A stretch of 64,000 nucleotides of DNA from Flaccisagitta enflata (taxonomy: Eukaryota), in contig OZ231126.1 in the NCBI GenBank assembly GCA_965153355.1, positions 38,936,001-39,000,000 on the forward strand, written 5' to 3'. Both the position numbers and the translations under genes were made by a program. The number at the start of each line of letters is the position of its first letter. Position 1 is the first letter of the stretch. Under the pieces are notes generated by a model that was not told the origin of the DNA, did not search any database, and was given only the letters and a program-made list of their open reading frames with translations. Positions 61,015-64,000 of the stretch are shown here, one piece after another.

Positions 61015-63104
61015 GAAGTATCGTCCCCTCCGCGACGGAGAAGGTAGAAAATCGATTATCACAATATTGAAATTGACACCGAACATCAGAATACAAACAA
61101 TTTCGCGTTAGTTGATGTAGTCGTCTGGTCGATAGCCAACTAGGCGAGGCTTCTATGCCACCGAGTGCATGGAATTTCTGTTCTCATTGCACACTCTGCA
61201 TGCAGCACGCGTGTCTTTGCGTTTTGTCCGTCGGTTGATTGATGTCGATCGATACGTTCATTCGTTCATCGATGACGTTCCCTGTTTCCGAGCGGTGTTG
61301 CATGTTGCATGACAAGTGGAACAATATCCCTAATTTACCCAAACTCAGAAATATGGAAGGGGGTCTTGTGAGCCCTCACTGACTAGTTACCACGCGCGTC
61401 TCTCCTTGATTTCCATTTAGCAATAATAACCTAGTCAAACAAGCTAAGTCAGAAGGCCAAACACAGTAGGTTTAAGGGTCCGCGCCTGTCGCTGTTTATT
61501 CTTCCTCAGCAAACAGAAGGAGATGATCGCTCTGGTTCAGTTCATGACAATTGCTTGGTTAAATTCCAGGGACGAAGGATTAGGAAATCCACATCAGTCT
61601 CAAATTGGCATCTAAAAGGGAGTTTCTCAAATCAAAGTCATGAAAAATGATAAATGTGTGCGTTCATGAGACAGTGACACCGAAAAGAAAAAAGAAAAGC
61701 AAGAGTAACAAGGACAACGAAAATAATAATAGGTAGCCATAGGACAACAGGCATCACACAATTATTGATATTGCACATTTCTTTTTTAAATTTGAAAAAA
61801 AAAATGGGATTGAAAAAAATTGGAAAAAAAATATTTACTCAATTTTTTAAAAGAACGCTGTGCTGACGCCTCGGTAAAGTAAGAATATATATATCTAGAT
61901 GTACCTTAAGATGTACCTCTAGATGTACCTTCAGGTGGATTTTGAGTAATTTTGAAACTAAAATTCGCGCAATCTTTTTCTAAAATACAATTAACAATCT
62001 ATGGAAAGTACTACTCATGATCTGGCTAAAGGTGAAACATGCTTGCTGTAGACATATGTTTCCAAAAACAGATTTCACTCTCTGAAAGACGAGTGGGTTT
62101 CATGGAAATTTTCTAATGTTTTCAGTGAATCATCTCAACGTTTTGAATTACTTTGGCAAGACCAAAATTGATGAAATTCATGAGTGAATTATAGATTTTT
62201 TTACTTAACTAATATTGAAAACATGTGACAGAATTCATTTCGGGACCCGGGCCTTTGGAGGCTGTTGTCGGACAAGCTTCAAGAAATTCAACCCTGCGTT
62301 ATAAGACGTTGGCCCTTTGGTATCATTGCTCAAAAAGGGAACAACTTTTTCAGGTGCGCCTGCGCAAGTTTATGAGCATCTCTGTCAGTCGGTCACGCTT
62401 GGGTGAAAACGCACCGTTTTTGCTCGCATATCTGACTATACAAATTGCCAAAATAGTCGCAAGTCGCAAGTCGCAAGTTTACATAATTTGGTGAATTCAA
62501 TTTTTTGGTCGCTTGCTAAGCGACTCTATACGTGGTTGTGTCCCTTGGTTGGTTGGTTGGTTGGTAACGCGAAATTTTGAGCGCCGCAAAATCAGCCATA
62601 TCGGTGATTTCTTTGCATTACGGCCCCTGCACAGCCACAATACAGCCCCCGCCCACCCATACCTATGCATGGTGTACCAACTCAGTTGTAACATAAAGAA
62701 TCGATGTATCTCTGCTTCTAAAGAAGATAATCTGATTCTGAAAAAAAGTTCTAAAGAGCTTTTGAAAAACGATTTATGCCTAATAAGAGGAAAATGATGG
62801 GAAGGTATTAACAGTCATGGAGAAATGGCTTGGAAGTAAATGCCTTTTTGCAACCATTTTGCTATTTTTCATTGATCTCCTATGACAATTACTCTTTGTT
62901 TAGCTCTTATCTGTAAATAATTTGACAAAACATGAAGAGTTGGACTCAAATTAATGGTATTCTATACAGTGAAAGAGATTTCCTAGAATAATTCATTTTT
63001 TTGATAAGATACCATGATATTTGCCTAATTCATGCCTATGAAAATCGAGTTTTTTATCAAATGTGGTTTTGAAGAGAAACAAGGTCATTAGACCTAAGTC
63101 GCGT

Positions 63105-64000
63105 GCTTTGCATGATTGTGAATTAGAGTGAGAGGAAGCAGGGCAGCGGCCCCGGAGGGGACAAAGTCCTGTAGAACACAGGGGGACTTTCGTTCGCCAT
63201 TCCGTTTGTCATTCCGTTTGTCCGTCTATTCCCCCCAGGTCCTCTCAGGCCTGAAATCTGCCCTCTCAGGCCTGAAATCTGCCTTCTCAGACATTAAATC
63301 TGTGAGGGCAGATTTCAGGCCTGTGAGGGCAGATTTCAGGCCTGAGAGGGCAAATTTCAGGCTTGAGAGGACAGATTTAAGGCCTGAGATGGCAGATTTT
63401 AGGCCCGGGAGGGTAAATTTCAGGCCTGAGTGGGCAGATTTCAGGCCTGAGGGGGCCTGGGGGGACGAACGGAATGACGAATGAAAGCCCTCCTGTGTTC
63501 TACAGGACTTCGTCCCCTTCAGGGCCGCTGCCCAAAAAAGGCAGGCAGACAGACAGACAAAAGATTTTTTTTTCAAAAAGACATTTGAAATAGCTATATA
63601 CTACTCCAAGTTTCTTTTCCACTTTTCAGAGTCATTAACAGGTCGCCCAAGGGCAATACGTGGTCAGCGATACCCGTTGCCCTGCTTAATATGTTTGTGA
63701 ATGTAAGTGATGGTTAGCAGGGTAGCAGCCTCGAAGGGGACGATATCCTGTAGAACACAGGGGGACTTTCATTCGTTCATTTGTTTGTTGAAGCTGGGAT
63801 TTGAGCCTAAAGGCTAAGATTTAAGCCTTGAGACTGGGATTCAAGCCTTGAGACTGGGATTCAAGCCTTGAGGCGGGGATTAAAGCCTTGAGGATAGGAC
63901 TCCAGCCTCAATGAGGCTGAAATTGAGCCTCGAGGCTGGGATTTGAGTCTCAAGGCTGGGATTTTAGCTAGAATTTGAGCCTCAAGGCTGGGATATGAAC
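63105..64000 (+). mobile_element. Two family B elements with 21-bp arrays; the second is cut by the window end
   Basis: Same head and inverted repeats as the other copies. Confidence 0.7.

Overview
Eukaryotic DNA from a non-vertebrate animal, rich in introns, microsatellites and transposons. Genes reconstructed by hand from ORFs and GT-AG junctions: the last exon of a nicotinic acetylcholine receptor alpha subunit; two intronless noggin/noggin-like paralogues pointing away from each other (6563-7260 minus, frameshifted by an 11-bp tandem duplication; 53659-54381 plus, intact); a 4-exon divergent class A GPCR; a 7-exon DDE transposase inside a probable ~7-kb hAT-like element, disrupted by a MITE and a 1-bp deletion; a C-type lectin-like gene; a 9-exon folylpolyglutamate synthase; and an orphan repeat-rich ORF. 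The strongest non-coding signal is a 25-bp sequence present four times without a mismatch (9488, 10319, 39862, 52017). It matches the Smad1/5-Smad4(-Schnurri) BMP-response consensus GRCGNC(N5)GTCTG, and three copies lie 1.6-3.1 kb upstream of a noggin gene, suggesting a duplicated BMP-to-noggin feedback enhancer system. The rest is nested MITEs, Helentron/DINE-1-like elements, satellites and simple repeats. No database searches were run; family calls come from motif recognition.
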